A stretch of 64,000 nt of DNA, taken from positions 123,380,001-123,444,000 of the forward strand of contig OZ024745.1 in assembly GCA_964016885.1 (NCBI GenBank). The letters are read 5' to 3'. The stretch's first letter is position 1, and each line of letters starts with the position of its first letter. Shown piece after piece: positions 27,000 through 39,717 of this stretch. Position numbers and translations under genes: made by a program. The notes beneath the pieces are model-generated. The model had not been told where the DNA came from and searched no databases. It saw only the letters and a program-made list of their open reading frames with translations. The stretch is from Eledone cirrhosa (Eukaryota).

Positions 27000-27170
27000 A
27001 AAGTCCAGTACTGTGGTCCATTCTTCCTTTGTCTCTTTCTCACTTACTTTCTCTCATTCTTTGGAAGAAATTGGCTGTTTTAAGACCTGGGGAAAATGAT
27101 GGGGTCTGCCAGCTTTAAATTGCCCAAGACACGATTCCAACACCATCAGGAATTAGATGTCCATACATAC
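27000..27170. repeat. Ancient dispersed repeat fragment
   Basis: Homologous to ~47235-47405 (agtcca.tactg, gaaattgg.tgttt, ccatca.gaatta.a.gtccat). Confidence 0.55.
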
Positions 27171-27819
27171 ATTCTATTTTTTATTGTGTATTTACTCACT
27201 GGCAGTTCTCTAATGTAGTGAATAATGTTTTTGCTTTCCTGAAAATCCATAAAAATATGAAAGGAGCACATAGCTATAATTCTTTACCCTATCACTGCGT
27301 AGGTTTCCATCTTGATCAATAATCTTGGAAATCTTTATCCTGGAAGCAACTAATTTGGAATTGCCTAAAACAAATTTAATGAAAAATATTTGCCTTTTTT
27401 TTATGTATCTGCTTTCTCGGGATATGTGTTCTCTTTGCTTTTTTTTTTTTTTTTTTGCTTTTATTCTAAAGCCAACTATGAAGAGTTTTCTAATTTTGGT
27501 TTCTGATGAAAGCTCTATACACTACTGTCAGAACAGCTGAGTAATGCTCTATCACCTTTTTTGATCATGCCAAATTTTTCACAACATATTTCTTGAAAAA
27601 ATTTCCTGCTGCTCCCGTCAGTTGAATGGTTTTGTTTTGTTTCTTTGCTGGTTAAGCTGACATTCTGCAGAAACTGAAAGTATAATTACAGTTTAAAAAT
27701 CTCTCTCCGATAAACTTAAATTTGCTTTTTTCAAAGCATTTTCCTCACCCCTCCCAAGTTACCAACTTCCTCTATAAAGTGATCCCCCTTGGAGCCCTGA
27801 CAAAAGAGCCCTGCCCATA

Positions 27820-28080
27820 CTATAGTGGTTATGTGTCATGATAAAAGCGAGTGCCCATTCCACACTGTAAAGTGGTCATGTAGGTGTCACGACAAATAGC
27901 ACTCAGTCCACGCTGTAAAGTAGTTGGCATTAGGAAGGTCATCCAGCTGTAGAAACCAAGCCAAATCAGTTCTGTGTGAGTGAATCACAGACCCCCCCCC
28001 CCCCGACCTGATCCCACACAAAGGGACAGCCTGTCCTACCTATGCTAGCATGGAAGATGGACGTTAAATGATGATGATCT
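27820..28080 (+). mobile_element. 3' part of an S2-related (GAT)-tailed retroelement
   Basis: aggaagg.catccagctgtagaaa and tail tgctagcatggaagatggacgttaaatgatgatgat. Confidence 0.7.
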
Positions 28081-28659
28081 TGGTAACATGACTTACTGTA
28101 ACATACCATCACATTGAGCTAATTTATCATAATTGCTCATTCTTATTTACAGAGTTCCAATGCAGGACCATCTCATAAGAATTTGTAGTCGTTGATATCA
28201 CAGTTAGCTACTATATTTTACTTTTTAATTAAGCACGTGCTGACAATATGTAAAGACATTGAAATGCATCTGCCATTTTTACCCTGGTTGCTGAAGTAGA
28301 TGTGACATGTACACAGCTTAAATACTCATAGGAAGACTAGATGTATGTTGGCATATACTCACAGGAAAACTAAATGTAAGTTGGCATATCCTCAGAGGAG
28401 GACTAGATGACACAACTGAAAGGTCCTCCCAATTTTTTGTTTAGCAAGCTTTCTATGGTTAGATGCCCTTCCTATCACCAACCCCTTTACAGTGTGTACT
28501 GGATGCATTCATCATGTAGATCACCAACACTAGGGAGGCTATCATGTCTAACATTAACCGAAGGGTTCAAAATATAGTAAAATGGAAAAACAAAATCCAT
28601 CATAAATAAAAATGAAACAAAAGGAATTTACTAAAAGTAAAACGAAATTAAGAAAAATC

Positions 28660-28900
28660 TGAAATGGAAAATTTGTCCACCTACATTTTGTACTAATTCA
28701 CATATCCCAAGTACTATCATATGTGTATTTATTTTGATGAATATGAAAAATAAATAACACCCTATCAACTGTATTACAGATTAGCATTATAACTGATGGC
28801 AATCAGGTTCTTCCTCTTCATTTCACTTTTGGCCTAAGGTGCCCCTTCCCCAGTACGTAATGGCTCTTTTGAGTCCTTGATTTTGAGACCTCTGGTATAG
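28660..28900. repeat. Ancient dispersed repeat fragment
   Basis: Homologous to ~46955-47210 (gaaatggaaaattt, tacattttgtact, cacatatccca, cacttttggcct). Confidence 0.6.
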
Positions 28901-29005
28901 ATCTTTATTTACTTTCTATATTTGTATTTCCTCATCAAAACAGATTGAATTACAATTTACTTTTTCCACCTTGTAATGATGGCTTACTCACTGGTCGAAA
29001 GACAT

Positions 29006-29153
29006 TTGGCAGTATCGGTAGAGTGTCGGACACCATGCTTTGCAAATCCTGCTGAGGTTAACTTTACCTTTCATCCTTACGGGGTCGATAAAATAAAGTA
29101 CCAGTAATGCACTGGGGTAATTGCTAGCCTTGTGCCAAAAGTAGAAACAATTA
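29006..29153 (+). mobile_element. S1 SINE with internal deletion
   Basis: tggcagtatcggtagag...cctttcatccttacggggtcgataaaataaagtaccag. Confidence 0.8.
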
Positions 29154-29948
29154 TTTAACTCTTTGTGTAATAATTTTTGGTTCCAGGTTATAATACTGTT
29201 GGGGGCGGCTGCTGCTGCTTATATTCGGGATCATTGTTTTGTTGATTTTCATTAACTTCAAATTCTATGTAAATAAGCTGCTAAAATATCTGGAGTGATT
29301 ATTTCACAATGAAACACTGTTTTTCTATATTTACTATATTGCCATGAATTTTAATTATGCATTGCCTTGAGAATATTCTGAACACATTTTTATCATTTGA
29401 ACTTTTTAATAGATAAATATCCCCTACACATATATGCATACATGCAGGTATACATGTGCACCAACTGTTTTTCTCTGTGACTTAATTATATTTTTTCTTT
29501 CAATCTTGTTTTGTTTTATTCACTCACTTTCTCTTTCCCTCTGTTGGTTTTGCCCCCTCTTTTTCTCACTCCACCTCCCTTCTCTCTCTCTCGTTTGCTT
29601 TCTTTTCTTTCCTCTTCTACTCTGATTCCTTATCCTTATATAGTGTTCACTTAGTTGATGTTGATCTCTTTCAACTATTCCCCATTCATATTTTGTGAAG
29701 TGGGGTTATGGGTATCCACGGAGTTCTTGGATGAATATTACACTGGTTTCACTTTGGAAGTGAAATTTCTCTTTTGTATTGTTTTTGATGTTTTGAATGA
29801 ATATGTCCTTCAAAATTATTCAGTTTTTACTCAACTCATTGAGGATCACAAAGTGGTTTGCGATGTGTGCAATTGTAAAAATCTACATAAAGCTTTAAAA
29901 CCTGTACAATGTCAAATTATTTCCAAGTGTTTTATGGTAGGCATTTCA

Positions 29949-30170
29949 TTAACCCTTTAGCATTTAAACCAGCCATATCTGGCCAGAACTATTTCACCTC
30001 TTTCTGTTCAAACTGGCTGAATCTGGCTGCTTGTACCTACATTAAGGTGTTGTTCCAAAATAAATAACATCAAAATCTCGTAGATTTGATATTATGTGAG
30101 ATAATTATGTAAGATAAAGCCTTTACTGTGATAATACAATAGTAATACAATGTAAATATTAATGGGTTAA
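29949..30170 (+). mobile_element. M1 piggyBac-type MITE
   Basis: ttaaccctttagcatttaa ... gggttaa. Confidence 0.85.
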
Positions 30171-30357
30171 ATGTGTATAATAAATAAAATTCGGGAGATA
30201 GCGTTATTGTCAGCTACAAAAAGAAGCATATTGCTCATAATACTACCAGCATTTGAGTAGCCAAAATTAAACAAAAGTTCAAGAAAATAGAAAATGGATG
30301 AAATGGTAAAAAAGTCATTACGTAGAGGATTTGTTAAACAAAAACTATAATCTAGAC

Positions 30358-30608
30358 CAGGGGCCGGATGCGCAATTAATACTACTTATATACAAATAAG
30401 TAATCATTTATTTATCCCTTATGTTAGATTTGAAACAAAATTCAATATTGATACTTAGAGCTGTCCTAAGCAGAAAAAAAAACATTTAAACATTGTTTTA
30501 TTCAGCAATATCGATAGATCGGGTGCAAATTTATTGCAAACTGTACCCTTTTTAGAACACTCGCAGGCAGGATAAAGGCCTTCGCGGGCCGGGGGTTGGG
30601 GACCCTTG
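30358..30608. mobile_element. hAT (Charlie-like) MITE
   Basis: Perfect 8-bp TSD atctagac at 30350-30357 and 30609-30616; cagggg... / ...gacccttg termini. Confidence 0.8.
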
Positions 30609-30620
30609 ATCTAGACTATA

Positions 30621-30836
30621 TTCAACTCTAGCATTTACATGACTCTATATTTACTATTGCCTTTTTGTGGTAAAGGTTTTATCTTACATAATTATCTCAC
30701 ATAATATCGAATCTACAAGATTTTGATATTATTTATTTATTAATGTCAGTACGAACAGCCAGTTACGGCCAGTTTGAACAGAAAGAGGTGAGAGAATTCT
30801 GGCCAGTTATGGCCTGTTTAAATGCTAAAGGGTTAA
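30621..30836 (-). mobile_element. M1 piggyBac-type MITE
   Basis: M1 body ending aatgctaaagggttaa. Confidence 0.8.
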
Positions 30837-31051
30837 GATATTTTAAATATTAAAATATTAAAACTTTGTAAATATTTTCTCCATTCATGTGAATTTCAAA
30901 ACCACCATAATGTGTTGATTACCTGCAATGGCTTACAGGTTTGGTTTTTTAACCATTTCTCAGACATAACATAGGGATTAGAGTTAGGATGTATATGTTC
31001 AAAATTCTAGTAGATTCTCAATTAATATATAAACCCTTTTTTATATATTGT

Positions 31052-31278
31052 TTAATGCTTTAGCATTTAAACCGCCCATATCTGGCCAGAACTCTCTCAC
31101 CTCTTTCAGTTCAAACTGGCCATAACTGGCCACCCATACTGATGTTAAGGTATTGTTCTCAAAATAAACAATATCAAAATCTCATAGATTCGATATTATG
31201 TGAGATAATATGTAAGATAAAGCCTTTACCACAAAAATACATTAATAAAATAGAGTAATGTAAATGCTAAAGGGTTAA
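31052..31278 (+). mobile_element. M1 piggyBac-type MITE
   Basis: M1 body ending aatgctaaagggttaa. Confidence 0.85.
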
Positions 31279-31781
31279 ACTTGTATAATTGATGTCTGAA
31301 CAAATGTACATGGAACTTTTTTTAGAAACATAATTAATATACATATCGATCAAACCTAAATATAGTAATTTTCTACTCCTATTTTTTAAAATTAGTTGAG
31401 TTGTCTTAATGGGACCTGTTTAGAGCTATTTTTAGCAATTCTTACAGCTTGTCCTGTGATATCTGCCCTTCTGTTAAACATTATTTTAACACTATGTGAA
31501 CATTTCAAATTACTAGTAGTTTCTCAATTGATATATATCCTTTTTTTATAAATCATTTAATCTTGTATATATATATGTATGTGTGTGTATATATATATAT
31601 AGTCAACACTAATTATTGAGTGCTCTTGAGTACTCATTTAAAACTAATTTCTCTTACTTTTGTAATAAGGAATACCATGATTATATGAGGTGACATAAAG
31701 GGAAGGGCATCTGCCTATAAAGCATTCAACCATTCTCTTTCCAACCCATGCAAGCATGAAAAAGTGCACATAAAAAAGATG

Positions 31782-31813
<32 letters not shown>

Positions 31814-31814
31814 A

Positions 31815-32122
31815 TACAGAAGACCCGACCCCCACAGGAACAAGCCGTAGCTGAAGCATATAGACAATATGCCCCCACACCCTCCCACTGAAAAGTGGTC
31901 GTGGAGGTGCTGCGGCAAAAAAAGCACCCAGCCCACACTGCAAATGAGGTTGGTGTTAGGAAGGGCATCCAGCTGTAGAAATCAAGCCAGAATCAGTTCC
32001 TGTATGAGCAAGACAAGGTCAGCTGACTGGACACTGCCCACAACAGGACAACCCATCTAACCCATGCTAGCGTGGAAGAATGGACGTAAGACGATGATAA
32101 TAATGATGATGATGATGAAGAT
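31815..32122 (+). mobile_element. (GAT)-tailed retroelement 3' region
   Basis: Same tail as S2; inverted homologue at ~44865-45190. Confidence 0.7.
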
Positions 32123-32271
32123 GATATATATCATCATCACAATCATCACCGTTTAATGCCCATGGGTTAGACGGTTTTGTTCCATTTGATGCGGGAATGG
32201 TCGGGAGACCAAGTCTCGCTCACATAATGAAAACATATATTAGTTTAGCACTCGATATAGTAAGAAAAGAG

Positions 32272-32307
32272 TCTTTACGTTTTGGACACTGGTCCTTCAT
32301 CAGAAGA
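32272..32307 (-). ncRNA. Minimal type I hammerhead-like motif (family HH-A), G12->A variant
   Basis: Minus strand: tctt-CTGATGA-a-ggac(cagt)gtcc-AAAA-cg-TA-aaga; stem I tctt/aaga, GUA triplet. Confidence 0.65.
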
Positions 32308-32663
32308 TAAAATGAGAAATAAAAGATGAAATCGAAAGATATAGTTTTTTGAGTAAAAACACGCATGTATTCAGTCAGCCATTTTGGAAAAGAAGTATTT
32401 ATACATACATGTATAAATATATGATATGTATGTAAGTTAAAATTTCAGACAATGCATAATTTTCTGGTGCCTACTAGTTCTAACTTTCAAAACAAACATT
32501 AATAACAAAATAAACTCTGAAGAATGATGAGTAGCTTCTAGCATTTTGTTTAACAAATGACTGGGGAGAGTAGAGACAAAAATAAGATAATTTTAAAACA
32601 ATCTTATATAGACATATACTTCATTAACTCTAGTGCAAGCTGATTACACACCCACACCTACAC

Positions 32664-32714
<51 letters not shown>

Positions 32715-32740
32715 GACATATATATACATACACACACGTG

Positions 32741-33105
32741 AAGGCGCATGGCTTAGTGGTTAGAGCATTGGCCTTGCAATCGAAAGGTTGTGAGTTCAAT
32801 TCTCAGAGCGGGTGATGTGTTGTTTCCTTGAGCAAGACACTTTATTTTCACATTGCTCCAGTTTACTCAACTGTAGAAATGAGATGATAGGACTGGGGTC
32901 CATATCATTCCCACTGCAAAGTGGTCGTGGAGGTCTCACGGCAAAAAAGCACCCAGCACTCACTGTAAATTGAGGTTGGTGTTAGGAAATCAAGCCAAAA
33001 TCAGTTCTTATATGAGCAAGCCAAGGTCAGCTGACCGGACACTGCCCACAACAGGACAGCCCGTCTAACCCATGCTAGCGTGGAAGAACGGACGTAAAAC
33101 GGTGA
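32741..33105 (+). mobile_element. S2 CORE-type SINE
   Basis: Near-identical head and core to the 17755 and 57272 copies. Confidence 0.85.
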
Positions 33106-33121
33106 AAAAACTAGAACACAG

Positions 33122-33153
<32 letters not shown>

Positions 33154-33172
33154 TACACACACACACAACACA

Positions 33173-33216
<44 letters not shown>

Positions 33217-33293
33217 CACACACATATATATGTATATATATAAAATAAAGTTAAATAAAAAAGTCAAATGTTTAAAATTTAGCTTCGTTTATT

Positions 33294-33348
33294 ACTGCTA
33301 TATATATTTCAGTGACAGCCATCTTTGGCTGTGACCTCTTCAGGCAGT
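33294..33348 (-). ncRNA. Type I hammerhead ribozyme motif (family HH-B), catalytic core intact
   Basis: Minus strand: actgc-CTGAAGA-g-gtcacagcca(aaga)tggctgtcac-t-GAAA-tatata-TA-gcagt. 5-bp stem I, long stem II, palindromic stem III, AUA triplet. Confidence 0.8.
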
Positions 33349-33389
33349 TTGAGTGCTTGTCTAATATATATATATATATATATATATAG

Positions 33390-33464
<75 letters not shown>

Positions 33465-33562
33465 TTGTGTATGTATATATATATAACCTAACTCCTGTGC
33501 TTCCTCTCCACATTTTATTATTATATATATATATACATATATATATATTTGTTAACATTTTG

Positions 33563-33641
<79 letters not shown>

Positions 33642-33655
33642 TATATATACACACA

Positions 33656-33716
<61 letters not shown>

Positions 33717-34032
33717 GTTCAGCCACTCTCACATATATATGAATTATTGTAAAATGATTAATTAGTTATTTGCAGACACTGTTGATTGTTTTCAAATGTC
33801 CTTTAGTGTTATTGTCATTACATGAAACAAATGGTATGTTTTCCTATTGAATTAGTGTCTTGTCTAACAACAACAACAACAATAACTACTTCTAGTATCA
33901 TGAGCAAAAACTACAATGACAATTTATATTGTAGAATTTTATATAGAATATAAACATATAAACTTTGAAAATCTGGTGTAAAAACAAAAGTTCTATATTA
34001 TTTATAGAAACATACATGTCACACTATAGATA

Positions 34033-34208
34033 ATTGTTTATACTTTTGGCACAAGGCCAGCAATTAACCCAGTGCATTACTGGTACTTTATTTTATCGAC
34101 CCCGTAAGGATGAAAGACAAAGTTAACTTCGGCGGGATTTGAACTCAGTGTAGGGTCATAACTCTATGCTGCAAAGCAAGGTGTCTGATGCTCTACTGAT
34201 ACTGCCAT
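34033..34208 (-). mobile_element. S1 SINE
   Basis: Family homology. Confidence 0.8.
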
Positions 34209-34591
34209 TTCACACTGCCGATAATATGAGTTAATTAACATTACAGGAGAAGATTTACTTAACTCTGGTCTGGAGTTCTTCAGATTTTACGATACATCTC
34301 CCATGAAAACTTTAAACCCAATGAAGAAAAATTTTCTTTCCATTGTGACTTGACCTGCTAGAACTAGCAGTCACATCTCCTTCAAACTCTATCGTAAAAA
34401 AAATTAAGGCCTCAGTTTATAATTTAAGCTTAGACATACTGTCTGACCTTGGGTTAAACAACAACATATACTATGAGATTATGTTACCCAGATACCTAAA
34501 TAGGAGATAGGGGCTCTATTTCAGTCTAAGTCCAATTTTCAGATCCATTGTTGGAATTTGAGAAACTAATGAACAATATCTTTCTCAAGAT

Positions 34592-34883
34592 TTAACCCTT
34601 TAGCATTTACATTACTCTATATATATATACTATTGTATTTTTTGTGGTAAAGGCTTTACCTCACATAATTATCTCACTTAATATTTACATTACTCTATAT
34701 ATATATACTATTGTATTTTTTGTGGTAAAGGCTTTACCTCACATAATTATCTCACTTAATATCGAATCTATGAGATTTTGATATCATTTATTTTGAGAAC
34801 AATACCTTAACATCAGTATAAGTGGCCAGTTTGAATAGAGAGAGGTGAGAGGATTCTAGCCAGTTTAAATGCTAAAGCGTTAA
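34592..34883 (-). mobile_element. M1 MITE with an internal ~78-bp tandem duplication
   Basis: TTAA termini; atttacattactc...tctcacttaat present twice. Confidence 0.85.
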
Positions 34884-35048
34884 AAGAAAAGCTTCCTAAG
34901 AGCCCAGCCTTGTTGAACCCTTTGTAACCAAATTGTCTGAAACTGGATGTGGTTCTATGATACAAAAATGTTTATTTTAGATTGCTTATATCTAAAACTC
35001 TTCTATAATTTTATGAAAAAACTTTTTTTATTTTCTTTATTATAGCTT

Positions 35049-35422
35049 ACTAGCAGTGGTACCCGGCATTGCACGGGATAAGGTATTGTGAAATATATAA
35101 CCGCCTTAGCTAAGCTTAGTATTGCTGCAACCACGGCTGGCAAAGGAGTAAGGGTCTGGTGGTACGTAAGTAAGCAACATTGTGGCTTAAAACTGTTTGG
35201 GGATTGAGTGGGAGATTTGTCTTGAGCAAGGGTGGCAGAATAACCGGAGGCAGCAGCCAGCCAGACATACAGACAGACATTATAAGGGCGCGTTCTGGAC
35301 GCAGAGTGAATTGTAGGAAGTGACGTAATGCAGACAGCCAGGCATACAGACAGATATTATAAGGGTGCGACGTTATATGTATCTATCTAAAAAGAGAAAG
35401 ACTAAGAATTATATAGAGAGAT
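35049..35422 (-). mobile_element. Non-autonomous Helitron-like element
   Basis: Plus strand begins actagcagtggtacccggcattgcacggg (CTAG end plus hairpin on minus), has (caga)n, ends tatatagagagat; same terminus at 58372 and inverted at ~47640-47669. Confidence 0.55.
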
Positions 35423-35677
35423 CGCTAAATCACCTAATGTGGTCCCTAGGGCATTGAAAATTTGAAATTTCTTTTGCTCAGAACACTCCCTGAAACATAA
35501 GTATTACATGTGTAAAGTTTGAAAACAGTCAGTTGGGTGCGTCTCTAGTTTTAGGGATTCAAACTCACACACACAGACAGACATCCTCAGTTTCATATAT
35601 ATATATAGATGAAAATGTTACTTCTATTACTACATCTCTCCACATTATTATTTTTTTAATTCCTTATGTGTGTCTCT

Positions 35678-36140
35678 TCATCATCATCATCTTCGTTTAA
35701 CGTCCATCTTCCACGCTAGCATGGGTTAGACGGGAATTGTCCCACTTGAGGCAAGGTTGGTTGGGTGACCGTGTCTCGCTCATATAGGACTATCTGGCAG
35801 GTTTCCTATGGCTGGATGCCCTTCCTAACACCAACCACATTTACAGTGTGGAACTGGGAACTTTTTACCATGTTACCTACACGGCCACATTACAGCGTGG
35901 ACTGTGTGTTTTTTTTGTCGTTACACCTACACGATCTCGATCTCATCTCATTTATTTGGACTGGATGTTGTGGTACCAACTTTACAGAGAGAGGGTGGTG
36001 TTAGTGGGAGGATATGGTAGTAGTGGGTTGGGGTGTATATTTGGTTAATAGGTGCCTACTGACTGCAGGCCTCGCCTTGTACACAGGCAAGGTGGGTCTT
36101 CTGTATTACTGCGTAGCGCCAAAGATCTCGGTCCAGTGAT
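35678..36140 (-). mobile_element. (GAT)-tailed retroelement 3' region
   Basis: Homologous to 42515-42742 (+) and 58482-58920 (-). Confidence 0.75.
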
Positions 36141-36799
36141 ATTGTCTTAGAGAGGTGCAAGTGTGTAAGGTCGGAATTTATCAGATCGTCCCAGGTTTCT
36201 TGTTTATAAAATCACTGATCTATTTTATTCCATGTTAAAAAATAAAATGACAGACAATCAATCAATTCACTTGTATAAATAACATTAGAAATATTGATGG
36301 AAACATGAAAGAAAAAGAAAAAAGGGGATAAAAACAAAATCAAGCAATGAATAGAGGGGAGAAGGGGTAAATAAAGGCAGATCTGACTGTATAGGAAAGT
36401 AGGAGAAAAGCTATAAATGCCATGAGAGGAATAGGTGGGAAATGATTTGAAAATTACAGGTGTTGTTTATCATTAGAAATATGGTAATGAAAGGGTTAAC
36501 TTGTAAATGGCCTTGTGGAGAAAAAATGTAATATTGTTTTCTTTTGTTTTTTCAGTTATTTTTCTCACATTAGGCAGCAGATCTGTCACAAATTTAACCC
36601 TTACATGGCAGTATTCCTAGTGAAATACCTTGTATTTCATGTAATTAATGAAGGATTTAGCAGGATTTACTAAAATTATTAATTATTTCATTAAGATGAC
36701 ATTATGTGAAGCAGAATGAAATATGTGGTTAGGATAATTTTGTGAAAGCCAGTACAATGCAAGTTAGAATTAAAGGAATCTTCTTTCGTATCTTCAAAG

Positions 36800-36990
36800 C
36801 ATGTGGTTATATGACAGTTTCCCATTTCTTTACACAGTCCTTTGCATTATTATTAAATTCTGCGAGAACTTTTAAGCTGCACTGGTTGGGTAGTAGAGGG
36901 CAAACAAGGCAGTGCTGCATTGTATGGTCCTCCTCTCCGCATTCGCAGATGGTTGAGCAGGTCTTGTAGTCCCATCTGGCCATAGCAGCT
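36800..36990 (-). mobile_element. Non-LTR retrotransposon 3' fragment (Cys/His C-terminus)
   Basis: Minus strand reads ...WDYKTCSTICECGEEDHTMQHCLVCP..., a C.CG....T..H...CP motif. Confidence 0.55.
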
Positions 36991-37253
36991 TTTGATCACC
37001 CCATTCACATTTAAAAAAAAGGACGGTAACTGTTTTGATTTGTTTCTTCAGAATTCGTTCACATTGTTTTCCTTGATCGTAAAATTGATAGAAAGATAAC
37101 TTAGGGGACTTGGGTGAGCCATTCAGAAAGCTTCATGGGCTGCAGGTTGCCCATGACTGGTTTACATTGTTACCGCATATTTCAGGGTATTTGATATACA
37201 ATAACATTTGTTATTTGATGCTTCACATCATGTGGTTGTTTGTGTCTTAGGAC

Positions 37254-37981
37254 CAGTCATGGGCAAACTACAACCTGTGAGCTGCATGCAGCACAATTGA
37301 CTTTCTGAATGGCATGCCTAATTTCAACACCTTTTTTCTTTTTACTGAGAAATAATACATGTTTATTTTCAGTATAGAAATAATAAAAAAGAAGGGGAAA
37401 CAAAAGGAAACAAAGAATAGGGAAATATAGAAAATAAATATGGGAAAAAAAAGGAGAGAAAGAAAGAAGAAAAAGTTCAGGGGGAGGATGGCAAGAGCTC
37501 TGGTGTTGCAGAAGAGAGGCGAGGGTGATTGGGCTTTGGGCCTAGGGCAAGAGGCAAAGTGCTGTGCCCGGCTGACAAGACGGAAAAAGCATTCCCCCAG
37601 ACGATGGCCAGTGACACCCGCTGCAATAGCCACCCAACCTCACGGGGCTCCCTCCTCAGACGGGCTCAGAGGAGCTTGGCAGTATGGGGTCCAAGTATGA
37701 CTGAGGTCTCGATGGCAACCAGTGCGAAGAGGAAGCGGCCAGACAAACCCTGGTATTTGCTTATTTTACGTTCTTCTGTGAGGCGGGCTGCGATGCCGGG
37801 GTTTATGGCCAAAGCGACTAAGTTGGAGACGGAGAACATGTCGCAGCAAGTGGCGTCCCAGATGAGGGATCTACCTCCTTCGAATGGGAAGAGGGTGATT
37901 CCGTAATTGTCTTGAGTTTTTTAGTAGTGCAGCCATACCCTATGTGGTGCACTAGTGAGAAAAGGAGGTTTCCCATGCCTG
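37254..37981. mobile_element. hAT MITE interrupted by a CRE-like fragment
   Basis: TIRs cagtcatgggcaaac / gtttcccatgcctg; degenerate flanks cttaggac / gtttagac. Confidence 0.5.
37560..37905 (-). mobile_element. Second CRE-like RLE retrotransposon 3' fragment
   Basis: Manual translation: GITLFPFEGGRSLIWDATCCD...EERKISKYQGLSGRFLFALVAIETSVILGPHTAKLL*...REVGWLLQRVSLAIVWGNAFSVL. This frame is not in the ORF track. Confidence 0.78.
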
Positions 37982-38598
37982 GTTTAGACATTGAGAGGAA
38001 ACTGTGCATTGAAAAGGCCAAGAAGTTACAGATGTCAGTCATCTTCCTTATATTGTGTTTGAGACTAGAAAGTCAATTTAAGTTACTGATGTTTATTGTA
38101 TAACAAAACATAAATATCTCATAACATATATACACAGCTATATTATATTTTACTTGCAAATTTTTATATACACACATACAAATATAATCTAGCTTTGAAC
38201 AAAATTTATCATTAGCTTTAATATTGCAATATTCTAAATATTTGCCTGTTTCTTTCTACCAATTTTCAATAATGTTCCACATTATATGAACACATCTCTA
38301 TTAATAGTTGACTATAATTGACTATAAAATAAACTACATTATTGTTATGACTTAGTAATTAATTGATATTTGATATATGAATTTGTTTTCTTTCTACGTT
38401 TGGTTTTCTATTCATATAAACGAGGCATTATACATTGGCTTTGCAGTCTATTAATCAAGGTGATAGAAAAATAATTCAATACTCACTTTTTTTTCCGCTG
38501 GTACACCATCATCATATGTTGTTGAAAGGTTCTGTAGAATACTGCTGAGAAAAACAAAATTTAAGAATAAGATTACCAAACACTAACGATGTATATAT

Positions 38599-38646
<48 letters not shown>

Positions 38647-38667
38647 CTATATATGTATATATACTTT

Positions 38668-38698
<31 letters not shown>

Positions 38699-38831
38699 GG
38701 AAAATGTATGACCCCGACGGCAGAGCTCAAGGCTTCGGGGTCATACATTTTCCTATTACCCACTCTACTACCCTAATTATTAAGTACTCTGGTGCATTAT
38801 GGTCCATCTGGTTCCTTACCACAACTCCTTC

Positions 38832-38887
<56 letters not shown>

Positions 38888-38916
38888 CTGTATATGTATA
38901 TATACTTCACACACAC

Positions 38917-38962
<46 letters not shown>

Positions 38963-38963
38963 G

Positions 38964-39015
<52 letters not shown>

Positions 39016-39049
39016 AGGGGAGGCACAAAAACAAAGAAAAGAATCCCCA

Positions 39050-39092
39050 GTCACTGAAGAGGTCACAGAATGTGTGACGAAAGAACTTTGAC
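39050..39092 (+). ncRNA. Type I hammerhead-like motif (family HH-C)
   Basis: gtca-CTGAAGA-g-gtcaca(gaatg)tgtgac-GAAA-gaac-TT-tgac; stem I gtca/tgac; lies between (TA)n tracts. Confidence 0.6.
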
Positions 39093-39356
39093 AATATATG
39101 AACAATCGTCTGGTTGTGGAACCAACCAACCAACCAGAAATTTATAAATTCCTAAATTTATAAATTTAATTTATAATAAATTGAAGTGAAAGCAACTGGT
39201 GCGTGTGTTTCTTATTGGCAACATGACCCTCCCAAAGTATAACAATATCGGTTTCAACACACGTTTTCAGATAAAGAATCTTGCTAAACAAATTCAGAAA
39301 CGAAATATATATATATATATGTATATATATAAACTCTATATATGTATATATACTTT

Positions 39357-39387
<31 letters not shown>

Positions 39388-39717
39388 AACTCTATATGTG
39401 TGTATCTGTGTGTTTCTCTCCTTTTGCTTTGCATTTTATATTGCTAGCATAGGTATTGTTTTTTTATGTCCAACATAAACAGACGACTTGCAGCTCACTA
39501 TTTAGGCATGCATATTATACTTAAAAAAAAAAAAAATTGTCAATTGTCAAAAAGTTGCCAATCTTACCATTTAAGAATCTAAAATCATGTGATCCTAGAT
39601 ACTCACTAAAATGATTACAACTGGATACTTATGATTATAGGTTTACTTGATCATTGCTAACTTGGGGCTAAACAACAATTGCCACTGAGAAGTAATAAGG
39701 TCATACTCACTCACTGT

